Part shown: piece after piece, positions 37,071 to 48,752 of the stretch | Numbering within the stretch: the stretch's first letter is position 1 | Layout: each line of letters opens with the position of its first letter | Position numbers and translations under genes: made by a program | Notes under the pieces: generated by a model | Told to the model about the DNA's origin: nothing | Seen by the model: only the letters and a program-made list of their open reading frames with translations | Databases searched by the model: none | Assembly: GCA_020184695.1 (NCBI GenBank) | Contig: JAANOX010000126.1 | Location: 372,001 to 436,000, forward strand | Reading direction: 5' to 3' | Source of the DNA: Histomonas meleagridis 2922-C6/04-290x | Taxonomy: Eukaryota > Protista > Parabasalia | Length of the DNA: 64,000 bases

Positions 37071-39281
37071 ATGGCTGGAAAACTCACTTACGAAATCCTC
37101 CAAAAACTTCCAAAAGCCGAACTTCATTGCCACCTCGATGGTTTCCTTCGTCCTCAGACTGTTCTTGACCTTGCCAAAGAACAAGGAATAGAACTTCCAG
37201 TTAAGACAATTGAAGAAGTAAAGAGCATCATGACCGCGCCTCTTGATTGCCCAGATCTTGTTACTTATCTTAAGTGCTTTGATCTTCCTGGAATGGTCAT
37301 GCAATATCCATATGCAATCACTCGCATTTTCTATGAAGCTTGCGAAGATGCTGTTAAAGATGGAATTGCCTACATAGAAATCCGTTTTGCACCTGCTCTT
37401 CATACTAAGAATGGACATTCTTATTCTCAAATTCTTGAAGCAGCAATTCAAGGCTGTATGCTTGCTGAAGAAAAACTTCCCATCACAGCACGTATTATTT
37501 GCTGCGGTATGCGTCAAATGTCACCAGAGATCAATGCCGAGATCGCCGAAATCTGCTGGCGTTATCGTCATCGTTATGTTGTTGCCTTTGATCTTGCTGG
37601 ACCAGAATTCAACTTCCCACCACACAAGCACGTTACAGCCTTCCATACAATTCGTGAGAAATCATTAGGTGTCACAATCCATGCAGGTGAAGCCTTTGGA
37701 GCACGATCTGTTGACCTTGCACTTGGTTGTGCAGCCCAACGTATTGGCCATGGTACCCGAGTTGTCGAAGATCAAAAAGTTCTTGATGAAGTCATTGATC
37801 GCCGCATTCCACTTGAGTGCTGTGTTTCATCCAATGTCCAAACCAAAGCAGTCCAAAAGCTCGAAGACCATCCAATTAAGAAATTATTTGATCTTGGTGT
37901 AATCACAGTTCCATGCACAGATAATCCAACAGTTTCAGGCGTTACACTTACACATGAATACTTATTACTTCATGAGAAGTTCAACTTTTCACTTGCCGAA
38001 TTACTTAAATGTATGGACTATGGATTCCGCTCAGCCTTTGTTTCAGAAGCCATGAAGCGTCGCTTACGCATTGATGCATTTGTTAAATCCATCCAAATTC
38101 TCCAAGAGAATAACATTGACATTACTGAAGTCATTGCAAATTCAACATACTATGCTAATTTGGGACTTACAGTACCGCCATCATTCCAACCACCTGTTAA
38201 GAACCCACCATTAACATTAGCTTTATTACAACAATTACCAAAATGTGATTTAGATTGCCGACTTATTGGTAGTGTTCCATTCACAGTGTTATATGACTTC
38301 TATAAGAAGTTAAATGAAAATGAACGCAATGGATTACCCGACTTCAAATCGACTGAAGAATTAGCTAAATATTGCACAACGCATATCACTGATGGACATT
38401 ATCGTAAAGGCCAAGCATTAGCAATTAAGTTATTACAAACGGAAGAGAACATTCGCTCAGGCATCTATGCAATTTTAGACGAAGCATATGTTGATAAAGT
38501 CATTTACATGGAATTAACAATTTGTCCATTATTACATAACTCCAAATTATCAAATGATGAATTCATTAACATTGTAATTGATGAAATCACCAAATTTACA
38601 TCCGACAAAGAAATGAATGTTAAAGTTGTCATCAACGCAAATGTTAGAGCGTTATCACCATTACAAATCCAAGAGCTTGCAGAGTTAGCAGTCAAGTATC
38701 AAGACAAAGGCGTTGTAGGCTTCACAACAACAACTGAAGAAATTGGTAAAAATGACATCAAATATTACCAGCCAACATTTGATTACTTACGTCAAAACCA
38801 TGTACCAGTTACAATATTTGCTGGTGAAACAGATCCAGAATCAGTACGTTGCGCATTAGTTAGAGGACACGCAAGAAGAATCTCCGGTGGATTCAAGATA
38901 GCACAATCCGAATCATTGTTAAATGACGTGACATCACATAACAATGCAGTGCTATTTAACTTGTCGCCACGAATGGAGAAACAAGTTAAGGGATGGCAAA
39001 ACTCGCCAGTCCGATTCTTTTATGATTTCGGAGTGAAGCTTGCATTCTGTTCGATACATCATGCATACACTAACAAGACAAGGTCACAACAAATCTTCCA
39101 AATCGCTGAGCAATCACGCTTCGATATTTATAGCGTGTTAGATATCTTGAATAATTCATTCGCTTCAATTAATTTACATTATAAAGATGTAAATAAATAT
39201 CAAAAAGTGTTCTGGGAACGATCAAAAGAACTGTTACAAAAACACGGTTATTCAAGTATGGGTAATTATTCTTACTTTTGA
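37071..39281 (+). CDS. Adenosine deaminase with tandem ADA domains
   Basis: Domain 1: LPKAELHCHLDG, FDLAGPE, IHAGE, RIGHG, CTDNP. Domain 2 begins LPKCDLDCRLIG and has IFAGE and RRISGG. Confidence 0.93.
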   Translation: MAGKLTYEILQKLPKAELHCHLDGFLRPQTVLDLAKEQGIELPVKTIEEVKSIMTAPLDCPDLVTYLKCFDLPGMVMQYPYAITRIFYEACEDAVKDGIAYIEIRFAPALHTKNGHSYSQILEAAIQGCMLAEEKLPITARIICCGMRQMSPEINAEIAEICWRYRHRYVVAFDLAGPEFNFPPHKHVTAFHTIREKSLGVTIHAGEAFGARSVDLALGCAAQRIGHGTRVVEDQKVLDEVIDRRIPLECCVSSNVQTKAVQKLEDHPIKKLFDLGVITVPCTDNPTVSGVTLTHEYLLLHEKFNFSLAELLKCMDYGFRSAFVSEAMKRRLRIDAFVKSIQILQENNIDITEVIANSTYYANLGLTVPPSFQPPVKNPPLTLALLQQLPKCDLDCRLIGSVPFTVLYDFYKKLNENERNGLPDFKSTEELAKYCTTHITDGHYRKGQALAIKLLQTEENIRSGIYAILDEAYVDKVIYMELTICPLLHNSKLSNDEFINIVIDEITKFTSDKEMNVKVVINANVRALSPLQIQELAELAVKYQDKGVVGFTTTTEEIGKNDIKYYQPTFDYLRQNHVPVTIFAGETDPESVRCALVRGHARRISGGFKIAQSESLLNDVTSHNNAVLFNLSPRMEKQVKGWQNSPVRFFYDFGVKLAFCSIHHAYTNKTRSQQIFQIAEQSRFDIYSVLDILNNSFASINLHYKDVNKYQKVFWERSKELLQKHGYSSMGNYSYF

Positions 39282-39775
39282 ATAAACATCTGAATTCCTG
39301 AAAAAATTGTTCAAAAAGTTTTGACTTTCGGCCTGATTTTAAAAGGCCTTTCAAAAAAAGTGGCGAAACGTCAAATTGACACTGGAAAACATATCACATT
39401 TCGTAATGCCAAGCGAAAGCGAAAGAGAACAAGAGCTGAGCCAGGAAAAGGACAACGAACAACAAGAAGAGGGGACAGACAGACGACCTTTGCACCAGTT
39501 TTTTGAATCACAGGATTCTAATAAATCGTTTTTAATATGTATACAAAGAGGGATTGGTATTAATTTTGATGATGTGTTTTGGGCACCAAAAGACTCTGTG
39601 ACACAAGTGCTTGATGCTTCTCAACCTTATGAAGAAAAATATATTGAATTTTAGTGGCCATTACCCTCTTGTTTTGGAGGCTGAGACTATGTTTTTAAAA
39701 TAAAATAATAAAATATCTATGGAAATGATTTTCATGATCTTGAAGGAAAAAAAAAGTTAAACGTGCACCATTAAA

Positions 39776-40846
39776 ATGGAAGCCCCAAAAAGTTTCGCAT
39801 TAAAACAGCAAATTAAATCATTCCAATTTAAAATACAACAAGCAATAAATCTTCAAGATGATGAAATAGATCGATTAGTAAATCAAATTAATTATTTGAA
39901 AACAAAAATTTTGGAAAGCCAAGAACAAATTAAGAAATTAGATAGAACTATAGAAGAAACAAAAGAGCTTAATGTTGGGAAAGAAAGAAAAAGAGAGGCA
40001 ATTTTTCATGCAAGAATTGCAGAAATTTCAACAGAAAATCGAAAAGAAATCCAAAAGTTACAAGCCGAACAATCATCTGAAATACTTGAATTACATAAAT
40101 CATTTGAAATTGAAATGAATAATATTAATACACAATCAGAAGAAGATTTAACCAAAAAAGTCAAACAAATCAACGAAAAAATTCAAAAACTCCAATCAAG
40201 AACCTCCATTTATGAAGAAGAAATGACAAAAATCACAAATGAAACACAAAATCATGAACCTAATATCGGAAATAATCTTCAATCAAGTTATGAAACCATT
40301 AAACAATTGCAGCAAATTGTTCAGCAAAGGAATTCAGAACGTTTAGAAAACCTTCAGTCGTCAAAAGATAAACTTCGAAAATGCATTGAAACGATTGAAG
40401 AAATAACACAAAGTCATACAACTGAAATTGAAAAGCGGAAGAAGACATTAAACGATATCGAAGATACATATCAAAAAGAACTTAATGAACTTTCGGTAAC
40501 ACATAATGAAGAAATGAAAAAACTTCGAAAAGAACTTAATAAATCAGAAAAAAGAGCGCAAATGCTAACGAAAGCATCGAAACATCTAAAGAAAGCGAAT
40601 CAAAAGCAAATCAATGAAATTGTGAATGACTTAGAATCACTTAAACAACAAACAAATAATAGTAATAACAAATATAAAGAAAAAGATAACAATTTAATAA
40701 ACATTAAAAATGAAATTATTGAATTAAAAAATAAAAATAAAATTAAAGAAGAAAAATTGGCGCAATTAAGAGATCTTAATAATACATTACATAAAGAAAT
40801 ATGGAGAATAAAACATGAAATTAGATTTGCGAATGCGTATAGATAA
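39776..40846 (+). CDS. Coiled-coil hypothetical protein
   Basis: 356 aa, K/E/Q/L heptad-rich. Confidence 0.75.
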   Translation: MEAPKSFALKQQIKSFQFKIQQAINLQDDEIDRLVNQINYLKTKILESQEQIKKLDRTIEETKELNVGKERKREAIFHARIAEISTENRKEIQKLQAEQSSEILELHKSFEIEMNNINTQSEEDLTKKVKQINEKIQKLQSRTSIYEEEMTKITNETQNHEPNIGNNLQSSYETIKQLQQIVQQRNSERLENLQSSKDKLRKCIETIEEITQSHTTEIEKRKKTLNDIEDTYQKELNELSVTHNEEMKKLRKELNKSEKRAQMLTKASKHLKKANQKQINEIVNDLESLKQQTNNSNNKYKEKDNNLINIKNEIIELKNKNKIKEEKLAQLRDLNNTLHKEIWRIKHEIRFANAYR

Positions 40847-41812
40847 AAAATCTTTTGTTAAATAAAATTTACATCTTTCGGAATTTGTTTTTTAAATATT
40901 TCATTTTATATATATATAAGAATTCATTAAATATTATTGTTTTGAGCATAAGCTGATATATAAATAATTTTTGTATAATACTGTTATTAGGTATGAATAT
41001 CTTTAATTAAATCATATATTTCAGCCAAATAAATGAATTTTCTTTAAAGATCAAAGATATAAATTACATTTATTTTTTTCTCCATACCAATGAAATTTTC
41101 CATGGGTGTATTTGCAAATACAAGTGAACCATTGCAACATAATTAATACATATTATTTTCGATTGAAATATATTTATTATTAGATTTAATTTTTCTTATT
41201 GTGTAACTCTAATATCTATTACTCATATATATTGGATTCTATAATTAATCAATTAGTTATATTTATATGAATAAAGTGGTTACATTGAATTTAGTTTAAC
41301 AAAATTGATTGATAAAAGCGAAAAATAATTGGCTTTCAATTCATTAAAACATTACATTCAGAAGAAACCAATTTTCTAGAAATAAATTCTTAAAAACATA
41401 ATAAGTAAAAAATAAATATTATATATATATATATATATATTATTTGTTTGTTTTTCTGAACCCTTTTTTCTCTAAAAAATATAATTTTCATATTATTTTC
41501 ATTGTTTCCGTTGTCGGAAACAATAGTTTTTCTGTATAAATGGAAATCATTATATCATATTGGAATTGACAATGACATTCGCGAAATCATTATGCATGAT
41601 AAGCTCTAATAAGCCTTTTATGAACAGTTTTATGTAGAAAGAAATTAACATTTAATGTATAATAAAATGAAATTCATATTTATGTAATAATTATTACAAG
41701 TATGTAAAAAATAAAACCAAATTTACGTTAAAAATAATTTTTATTTATTGTTTCGGACATATGTAGTTAAGGTTTCATCCCTTTAGTACTAAAGGGAAAA
41801 ATTTCGAATTGT

Positions 41813-42787
41813 TTAAATAATTCCCACATCCGCCATAGTTGAAGAACTAAAGAAAAGACGAATCACAAACAATCCAAACACAGAGAAAATAATCGAAATA
41901 ACAGAATCTAACAAATCATTTTTCACATTTCTCATAAAAATATCTTCTGACTCAGATGATATAATAGCAAAATATGAACCTGTTTTTGTATCCGTTTCGA
42001 GGGATAAGTCAATTGGTCGACCAATGCTGATGAAACCGTACCTTGTCAAATGATATCGTATCAACATAAATGAATCAATCATCCAAAATATCAAAGCGCG
42101 GGTGGCTCTAGCAACAATGGTATCACTGCTATTGAATCTATTAGGATCTGATAGATAGAGACCGATCGTAAGAATTGGAAGAATTACATTTTCGATATGC
42201 AAAACCCAAAATGGAACGCGGAGTGAGTAGTAATGAAGGACATAGGTAAAGCAGAGAGTGAAAATGGCTTGCGCAATCGAAGCATATCCTGAAAAAATCA
42301 TATGCATTGGAGATAAAAGAAGAATTGCGTAAAGAACGATCCTAGCAGCATAGTTAGTTTTATGACAGAGACTTATTCCATAAAGTATAGCCATGCAAAA
42401 CATTGAATATGATGCATTGGGAAAATTATATTGAAAATATGAAATAGTTGTATTGACTCTTCTACAAGGTGAAACTTGGCCAACAAGGAAACCTAAAGGA
42501 ATTATAATTAAATAAACATAACAAATTCTGTGAAATAATGTAAGGATAGAAAGCCGAGAAACATTATACAAACGAGTAATTTTTGGATAAGAAGTTCCAT
42601 AATTTATGAGAAATATAAGAGGTAATAAAAATAAAAAAACTAAACAAGATGCAATAATTACATTAGGTTGTTGCATCCAAGAAAACAAGAAAGTAAGAAA
42701 AAAACCTATAGTTTTTTGGTACGTTGGTTTTATATAACAAGAATTTGCTATGCTATCACCAATAGAATTTTGTCTGTAATCATCCAT
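41813..42787 (-). CDS. Multi-pass membrane protein, possibly PAP2-like
   Basis: Several hydrophobic helices. PCRR, FPNAS and SGYASIAQ fall where PAP2 motifs would lie, but are degenerate. Confidence 0.5.
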   Translation of the reverse strand: MDDYRQNSIGDSIANSCYIKPTYQKTIGFFLTFLFSWMQQPNVIIASCLVFLFLLPLIFLINYGTSYPKITRLYNVSRLSILTLFHRICYVYLIIIPLGFLVGQVSPCRRVNTTISYFQYNFPNASYSMFCMAILYGISLCHKTNYAARIVLYAILLLSPMHMIFSGYASIAQAIFTLCFTYVLHYYSLRVPFWVLHIENVILPILTIGLYLSDPNRFNSSDTIVARATRALIFWMIDSFMLIRYHLTRYGFISIGRPIDLSLETDTKTGSYFAIISSESEDIFMRNVKNDLLDSVISIIFSVFGLFVIRLFFSSSTMADVGII

Positions 42788-42870
42788 TTCTCAGGGTTAA
42801 CGGCTTCATGAGTTGAACGTTAAAGTCAAAAAAGAATTGAATAGGTGTGTTTGGCCTTGCCTTTCATCAA

Positions 42871-43215
42871 ATGTCACACAGAACTGAGATTGATGGATTC
42901 TCCGGTCACCAATTCCACCCAGGACATGGTATAATCTACATCCGTGAGGATAAGCATATGATGTCTTTTGAATCCCGCAAGACTTTCCGCATGTGGCAAC
43001 GTAAAAGAAACCCAAGAAAGATCAGCTGGACTGAACACTACCGTTTCGACCACAAGAAATCAAATACTGATCAAGTTGAAAAGAAGGGACGTGTTCAAAG
43101 ATCCAAGAAGGTTACACGTGGATATGCTGGTGTATCTGTTGATGCAAACGCAAAGATTGCAACAACAGCCGTAAAGAGGCGTGTTCAACAAACCAAGAAG
43201 GGAGGAAAGAAGTAA
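42871..43215 (+). CDS. RPL24: 60S ribosomal protein L24 (eL24)
   Basis: FSGHQFHPGHGIIYIREDK..F.SRK...KRNPRKISWTEHYRFDHKK. ATG at 42871 follows an Inr-like TCA element. Confidence 0.93.
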   Translation: MSHRTEIDGFSGHQFHPGHGIIYIREDKHMMSFESRKTFRMWQRKRNPRKISWTEHYRFDHKKSNTDQVEKKGRVQRSKKVTRGYAGVSVDANAKIATTAVKRRVQQTKKGGKK

Positions 43216-43792
43216 ACATATTCTTTTAATCATAATCCTAATTTTTTACAATTCAACAAACCAAGTGTAAGTTTCCAAAGAATAAAGACACTGAGTATAT
43301 GACCTAAGAAAGTTATAAAAAAAATCTATTACTAATTGATTTGAAAATCTATATTTAATTTTTTAAAAAACAAAACATTTAATGCACAATAAATGATAGT
43401 AGAAGTCATGTTGTTTTTAAAATAGATTCCAGAAACATTAAAAATAAACTTCATGGAAAACTGATATCAATTTCTACAAGATATCTAATAATCCATAAAA
43501 AAAATTTGGTGCTTACTATGAAAAAAGTTTATGTTTGATTTCAGAGGATGGAAAATTATTGTTTGAAAGTAGCAATTTAATAAATTATAAAAATATTTTT
43601 CTACATAAAAATATTCCATAAGGAATGTATTATAAAGATCTATATTTTTATCTGATGAAAACATGTTTGTAAGACAATGTTATTTACATCCCATATAAAC
43701 AATGCGGAATTTCTTCTTTTTTTAAACGTTACTTTATCGATTTGCATTCAATTTTCAATGAATTATGAAAAATCGTTTTTGTCACTTTTAAA

Positions 43793-44392
43793 ATGCACAA
43801 ACTTGCAACTCCGTGGACATTTTATTATTATCAAAAGCCATCATCTGAGGAAACCAACTATGAAGATAGCATTCATAAGATCAGTAAATTTAGTACCTGT
43901 GAAGAATTTTGGGCTATCTATTCCTATTTAATTCGTCCAAAAAAGCTTAATTCCTCACTTGCTTTGCACTTGTTTAGAAACGACTCTCGTGCAATGTGGG
44001 AAGATGAAGAAAACAGAAATGGCGGGTCATTCTTATTAAGATTTCCAAAAGGACAAGCAATTAATATTGTATGGGAAAAACTTGTTTTGAGTTTAATTGG
44101 CGAACAGTTTCCATCAGACGTTAATGGAATTGTTGTTTCAACAAGATCAAAATATGATCTAATCCACATTTGGCACAAAACGACATCAGATGAAGCGGTG
44201 AAAATGGAAATATGCAGTACAATATGGAGGGTCTTAGACCTTGCTACAAATGCACAAATCGACTATTCTCCGTTTCAGACAATTCTTAATAATCACAAAA
44301 TCTGTCCGACAAAATATACATATGACAAACGAGAAAAGCGTTTTGTTGTTGTGCCTTTTAGTTCAAATCCATCGCCAACAAACGCCTCGTAA
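43793..44392 (+). CDS. eIF4E: Translation initiation factor eIF4E family
   Basis: HKLATPWTFYY, EEFWAIY, LHLFRND..AMWEDEENRNGG, WEKLVLSLIGEQF, VNGIVVS, IHIW. Confidence 0.93.
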   Translation: MHKLATPWTFYYYQKPSSEETNYEDSIHKISKFSTCEEFWAIYSYLIRPKKLNSSLALHLFRNDSRAMWEDEENRNGGSFLLRFPKGQAINIVWEKLVLSLIGEQFPSDVNGIVVSTRSKYDLIHIWHKTTSDEAVKMEICSTIWRVLDLATNAQIDYSPFQTILNNHKICPTKYTYDKREKRFVVVPFSSNPSPTNAS

Positions 44393-44539
44393 ATTAATGG
44401 TGTATAAAAACTCTATTCATTTCATTCCAAAATTTTGTTTTATTCATTTTATATTTGAACTAGCGCCAAAGAAATTTTATCGTAACTATTTTGCTGCATT
44501 TCGTTGAGGTTTAAATTGGATATAAGATGAAAATATTTT

Positions 44540-44870
44540 TACCAAATGGTGATCCAATTTGATTATCATCACCTCTCTTGAAGCTAAATCATAAATATAT
44601 GATATTGAATGATCATCAAGTTATTAATTATTTTTATTATATTTTTAATTTTATCTCCCATATTTTCTTATAGATAATAATAGATATCATTCCGAGGAAA
44701 TCTTATTGCTGCTTCATATGCATCATCAAATGATGAATTGCTTTGTTTACATAAATGAATAATTTCAGTGTTTCCACCTTCAACTGAATATTTCCATGTA
44801 TTTTTTATATTGGAAGCATGAAAAATTTGTTCCTCATTTATTTTTATTTCTTTTATAAATTTAAAATATA
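44540..44870 (-). pseudogene. DUF3447 remnant
   Basis: KYSVEGGNTEIIHLCKQSNSSFDDAYEAAIRF matches KYAVAGGNLEIIHLCEQNHSTFENAYETAIEF of gene B. Flanked by stops. Confidence 0.7.
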
Positions 44871-45109
44871 CAGTATTTCTTTACATTGTGAATCAAAGTA
44901 TAAATAAATGTTAGTAAAATGCTTTAAATTAATGAGAAATCATATTGAATCAGAGAAAATAAATACTTAATCTTCGAACTTTTGGTTGCTTTGGTTCAAT
45001 GCTTTTCGATGTTAAAATCTTATACAAATAAAATTTATATCTTATTTTAATGAATTTTTTTTTACATTTTATTTTGGAACAACTTGAAAACAAAAATAAT
45101 TTATATATA

Positions 45110-46618
45110 TTAATTTTTATTTGATACTTTATATCTATGATTCATCCATAATATAGCCGAAAGTACCGAAATACTTCCAGAAGAGAATGCCATTCCCAAA
45201 CAAATTATTCCAATCACAGCGGCATGATAGGTTTTCTCCATTATTCCGACTGATCTTTTTCCGAACAACATTTTCACGAACAAAACAATGAACACTGCGA
45301 ACGCAGCGCCCAAAGAAGAGAAGCACGAAACAGAAGCCCAATCAGAGTTACCATTAATGATCAGACTTCCAATTCCGACACCAACCACAGCTATTATCCA
45401 TAACGGAATGAACAATACCGTCAAAACATAATCGAAAGTATATAATCCGTATGGAATTTGTTGGCACAAATAACTTAAAATCGGATAAAATAAAATAAAC
45501 AAAAGTATATTCGATAAAACTAAAAAAGTTCTTTTAGACATATTTACACAATGCATTGGAATTCGTTGCGCTCCCTCAAAAAACGACTTTTTACGCACAA
45601 AATAAATAGTTAAAACACCGGAAAGTAAATTAATCGGAAGTTTCACAAGTGTCACAACAAATGCAAAAAAGAAAATATTATTCATAGGAAAACGACTACA
45701 TGAATCATACATAATCGAGATCCAATGGACAGAAAAAACAAATGCAATACAAATAGATGGAAATAATAACGGCGTGAAATATAATGCAGATGCAATGTCG
45801 GAAATTTTCAAGACAATGCACGTGATAGAAGTGGCAATTCCTGTAACAAAAGATGAAACAGATGAACAAATTAAAAAAATTACCCGAAATCGAATGGAAT
45901 ATGCTCGGGCAATTTTAAATAAACTTAAAACAAAGAAAAAAACAGGAATCCCAATGCCGGATCCAGATAAAATGGATATAAAAAAGCCATTCATAGGTGC
46001 TTGTGTTGCAATAGTAACGCGATTTTGTGATGAAGCTGCTCTGATAATAATAAAAACAAGTGAGACAATAACAAAAAACGAGGAAATAAGATGGTAAACA
46101 AGCTTTTGATTGTGCTTGATGGGAATTTTGTTGATGAGTTCAATTGGTAATTGTTTGATTTCATAAGAAAATGTGATGTTATAGTTTGAAAGTGGAACAG
46201 GTTCACTAACTTCAACATTAAATACGGATATATGATTTTTTGTAAAGCCAAATATAAAATTATAATGTGTATAAAGACTATAATTATTGGGTCCTAAAAA
46301 CTGAAAACGACACTTGTCAAAAAAAGAAAAACATATAACATATTGCTTTGATAAGTAATTTGTGATTACATTAATATCATTTTGATTTAATACTGATGTG
46401 CACCATGTTGTATTGGGAACACTAGTTTCCCTATTTACTTCTAATAATGAAAATGCACATTTTTTTCTTGAAGGTAATTTAATTCCAGAGAATTGATTTG
46501 ATATGCAAAGATTTAATTTGTCAATTGAATACGTTTCATAAACATTATTGTATGGTCTAATATAGTGAGCCTTTAATTTATATGTTAAAAAAGCATATTG
46601 TATAAAGAGAAAGAACAA
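45110..46618 (-). CDS. Nonaspanin / TM9SF (EMP70)-like protein
   Basis: Signal peptide, luminal IRPYNNVYETYSIDKLNLC (cf. VGPYHNPQETY..LPFC), LYTHYNFIFG, then about nine TM helices. Confidence 0.75.
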   Translation of the reverse strand: MFFLFIQYAFLTYKLKAHYIRPYNNVYETYSIDKLNLCISNQFSGIKLPSRKKCAFSLLEVNRETSVPNTTWCTSVLNQNDINVITNYLSKQYVICFSFFDKCRFQFLGPNNYSLYTHYNFIFGFTKNHISVFNVEVSEPVPLSNYNITFSYEIKQLPIELINKIPIKHNQKLVYHLISSFFVIVSLVFIIIRAASSQNRVTIATQAPMNGFFISILSGSGIGIPVFFFVLSLFKIARAYSIRFRVIFLICSSVSSFVTGIATSITCIVLKISDIASALYFTPLLFPSICIAFVFSVHWISIMYDSCSRFPMNNIFFFAFVVTLVKLPINLLSGVLTIYFVRKKSFFEGAQRIPMHCVNMSKRTFLVLSNILLFILFYPILSYLCQQIPYGLYTFDYVLTVLFIPLWIIAVVGVGIGSLIINGNSDWASVSCFSSLGAAFAVFIVLFVKMLFGKRSVGIMEKTYHAAVIGIICLGMAFSSGSISVLSAILWMNHRYKVSNKN

Positions 46619-46952
46619 AATAAAAATATTTCGATGATCGATAACTTTGATCGTTTTCTTAGAATTTGATTCAATTTTTTCTACGTCATTAGAGGTTTGT
46701 CGATTGCAATAGTTTATTTGGTCGACATACCTGAAAATATTGGATTAGCTAATCCGATAATAATCAATTGAAAATATTTTCTTAATATATTTGTCCTCAT
46801 TATGTCCATTTTGTATACATTATTGATCGTTGTTCAACCTTTAGGTAAAGTATACAATTCGTTCTGCGTCAAAGTTCTAAGTTAGGGTGAAATATAATCA
46901 AGAAATAAGGATTAAAAAAAAAAATTGGGCTCATTTGCTTTATTCATTTGAC

Positions 46953-47258
46953 TTAAGCTTGTGTGCCACGGTTGATCTTATCGAGTTGACGAGTATCTTG
47001 GCAAACTGCGCATGGACCACAGAAAGTGTAAACAAAGCAGTCAGTGGTGTAGTGAGAATCTGTTTGTCCAAGCATCTTCCTGATGTTGGAACGTGTCCAG
47101 ATTGGACAAGCATAACCACAAAGGTGGCAGATTGTGCATGGTTCGTTTCTTGAATCAGCCCAGTTTTGAGCAGCAGCGCATTCGAAGCAAAACATTGTAT
47201 AAAGGCATCCCTTGCAGTCCTTCATGCATTCGAAAAGTCCTGTTGAGTATTCAGCCAT
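46953..47258 (-). CDS. PLAC8 (Cys-rich) family protein
   Basis: MAEYSTGLFECMKDCKGCLYTMFCFEC...RSNIRK..DC.VYTFCGPCAVCQ. ATG 47258 follows TCATTTT. Confidence 0.9.
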   Translation of the reverse strand: MAEYSTGLFECMKDCKGCLYTMFCFECAAAQNWADSRNEPCTICHLCGYACPIWTRSNIRKMLGQTDSHYTTDCFVYTFCGPCAVCQDTRQLDKINRGTQA

Positions 47259-47665
47259 CAGGAAAATGAAATGATATTGTAATAAACTCAAAAAAATTCA
47301 AATAAAATTCACAAATTTGATATAATTGCAATTAATTATCGTCTGGCTAATACCATTGAAATTGACTCAATCGGTTTAACATAACTCGTCGGTTAAACAA
47401 CAAAATATATACAAAAAGTTTCCGCTTCACTTGTGGTGTGTTTTTGGGGGTTAACGTCGTTTCTAAATTCAGAACAAAGGTCCGTCAAAATGACGATCGT
47501 CATAATGACCAAAATTTTCGATTTTTACTTAGAAAAATATTTTAAAACATATTTATTCCATAGAATATACTATATTTATGACATATATGTGTAAATATTT
47601 ACAACCTCTTGGAAAAAAAAATGAATTTTTAATAAGATTTTATTTCATACATCTGTTGAATTATT

Positions 47666-47989
47666 TTAGCTTAGCTTGTCCATGTCGTTCTTGAGTATGA
47701 TTAATCGTTCTTCTTGTTCTGTTAATTCTGTCCATTTGGCTTTGATTGGTTCAACATCTTCAACTTTTTCTTGTAACCTTGAATTTTCAAGCTCTAGTTC
47801 TTCTATTTCTTGTCTGTAGTTGAAAAGCATTGCTTCTAACTCAGATACTAAATTTGCAAATTCAATTTCTTCATCTGTTTGTTCAACTTGTTGTAAGATC
47901 CAAAAATCAGTTGCTGTTTTCTTGTATAGCTGTTTGTAATCGGAGTTCTTTTTGGAGAATTCTTTTAGAGCTTTTCCGCTTCTTCTCAT
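47666..47989 (-). CDS. Small coiled-coil hypothetical protein
   Basis: 107 aa heptad-rich ORF. Confidence 0.55.
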   Translation of the reverse strand: MRRSGKALKEFSKKNSDYKQLYKKTATDFWILQQVEQTDEEIEFANLVSELEAMLFNYRQEIEELELENSRLQEKVEDVEPIKAKWTELTEQEERLIILKNDMDKLS

Positions 47990-48078
47990 TTTTTCGGTTT
48001 AGAATTTTCGAACGTTAAATTTCATCTATCGTCACATGATGAAAAAAACATAAAATAAAACAAAAAAAATGCATGAAA

Positions 48079-48276
48079 TCATTTTTTACTTGGAATAGAG
48101 GTTAGATAAGAACGCCATTCAGAAACTAGTTGGGTTAATTGCTCTGTCGTTTTGTCCAAACAATCAATAAATTCAATCAATTCATTATCATTCTTCATAC
48201 GTAATATCATTAAAAATTCATTTGTTTGGTCGATAACCAATTCGACGTTGGTGAGCATTAATTCGTTACTTTGCAT
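48079..48276 (-). CDS. Small hypothetical protein
   Basis: 65 aa helical ORF with natural composition. Confidence 0.45.
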   Translation of the reverse strand: MQSNELMLTNVELVIDQTNEFLMILRMKNDNELIEFIDCLDKTTEQLTQLVSEWRSYLTSIPSKK

Positions 48277-48752
48277 TAAGAATCTTCATTCAAACATCAA
48301 AATTTTGATTGCATAATTATGACTTTTTGAGTGATTTACGCGAATCGTTAAAACCATTTTTGAACTTAATTATGTTCTGTATAAAAGATTGATTAAGAAC
48401 AAAAGGTCATATTAATGCAAAGCACAAAAGGACTAGTTCTAACCTATACGACAAAAAAAAATACATATTTGTAAAATTTGCATTTGGAAATTTTTAATTA
48501 TTAACAACCAAATTACCATCTACAGGTACAATAAAAATTGGGCCGCAGTCAAACAAAACGCATATGTGCCCAAATTTTGGTTTTCCTTTTAACGAATTTT
48601 CGCGTGTTTCCCATCCAAAATACGCTTCAAGTGTAAACTCTTCAGTTTTTGAATGTGACTACGATTACTTTTCATTCATTCGGCGCTATCGCGCAGTAAA
48701 CCATTCAAATATTAAAAAATAAAATATTTTATTTAAATGATAAAACATAAAT

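Noticed and set aside
37017-37517. Antisense ORF of 166 aa, and similar short overlapping ORFs across the window
   Set aside because: They overlap well-supported genes on the other strand or frame and have no motifs of their own.
41080-41600. Possible decayed LRR gene (FSYCVTLISITH-like)
   Set aside because: Only short, scattered resemblance; not enough to call.
47666-48276. Joining the two small ORFs through an intron or 17-nt spacers
   Set aside because: No trichomonad splice signals and no 20-nt grid in the gap.
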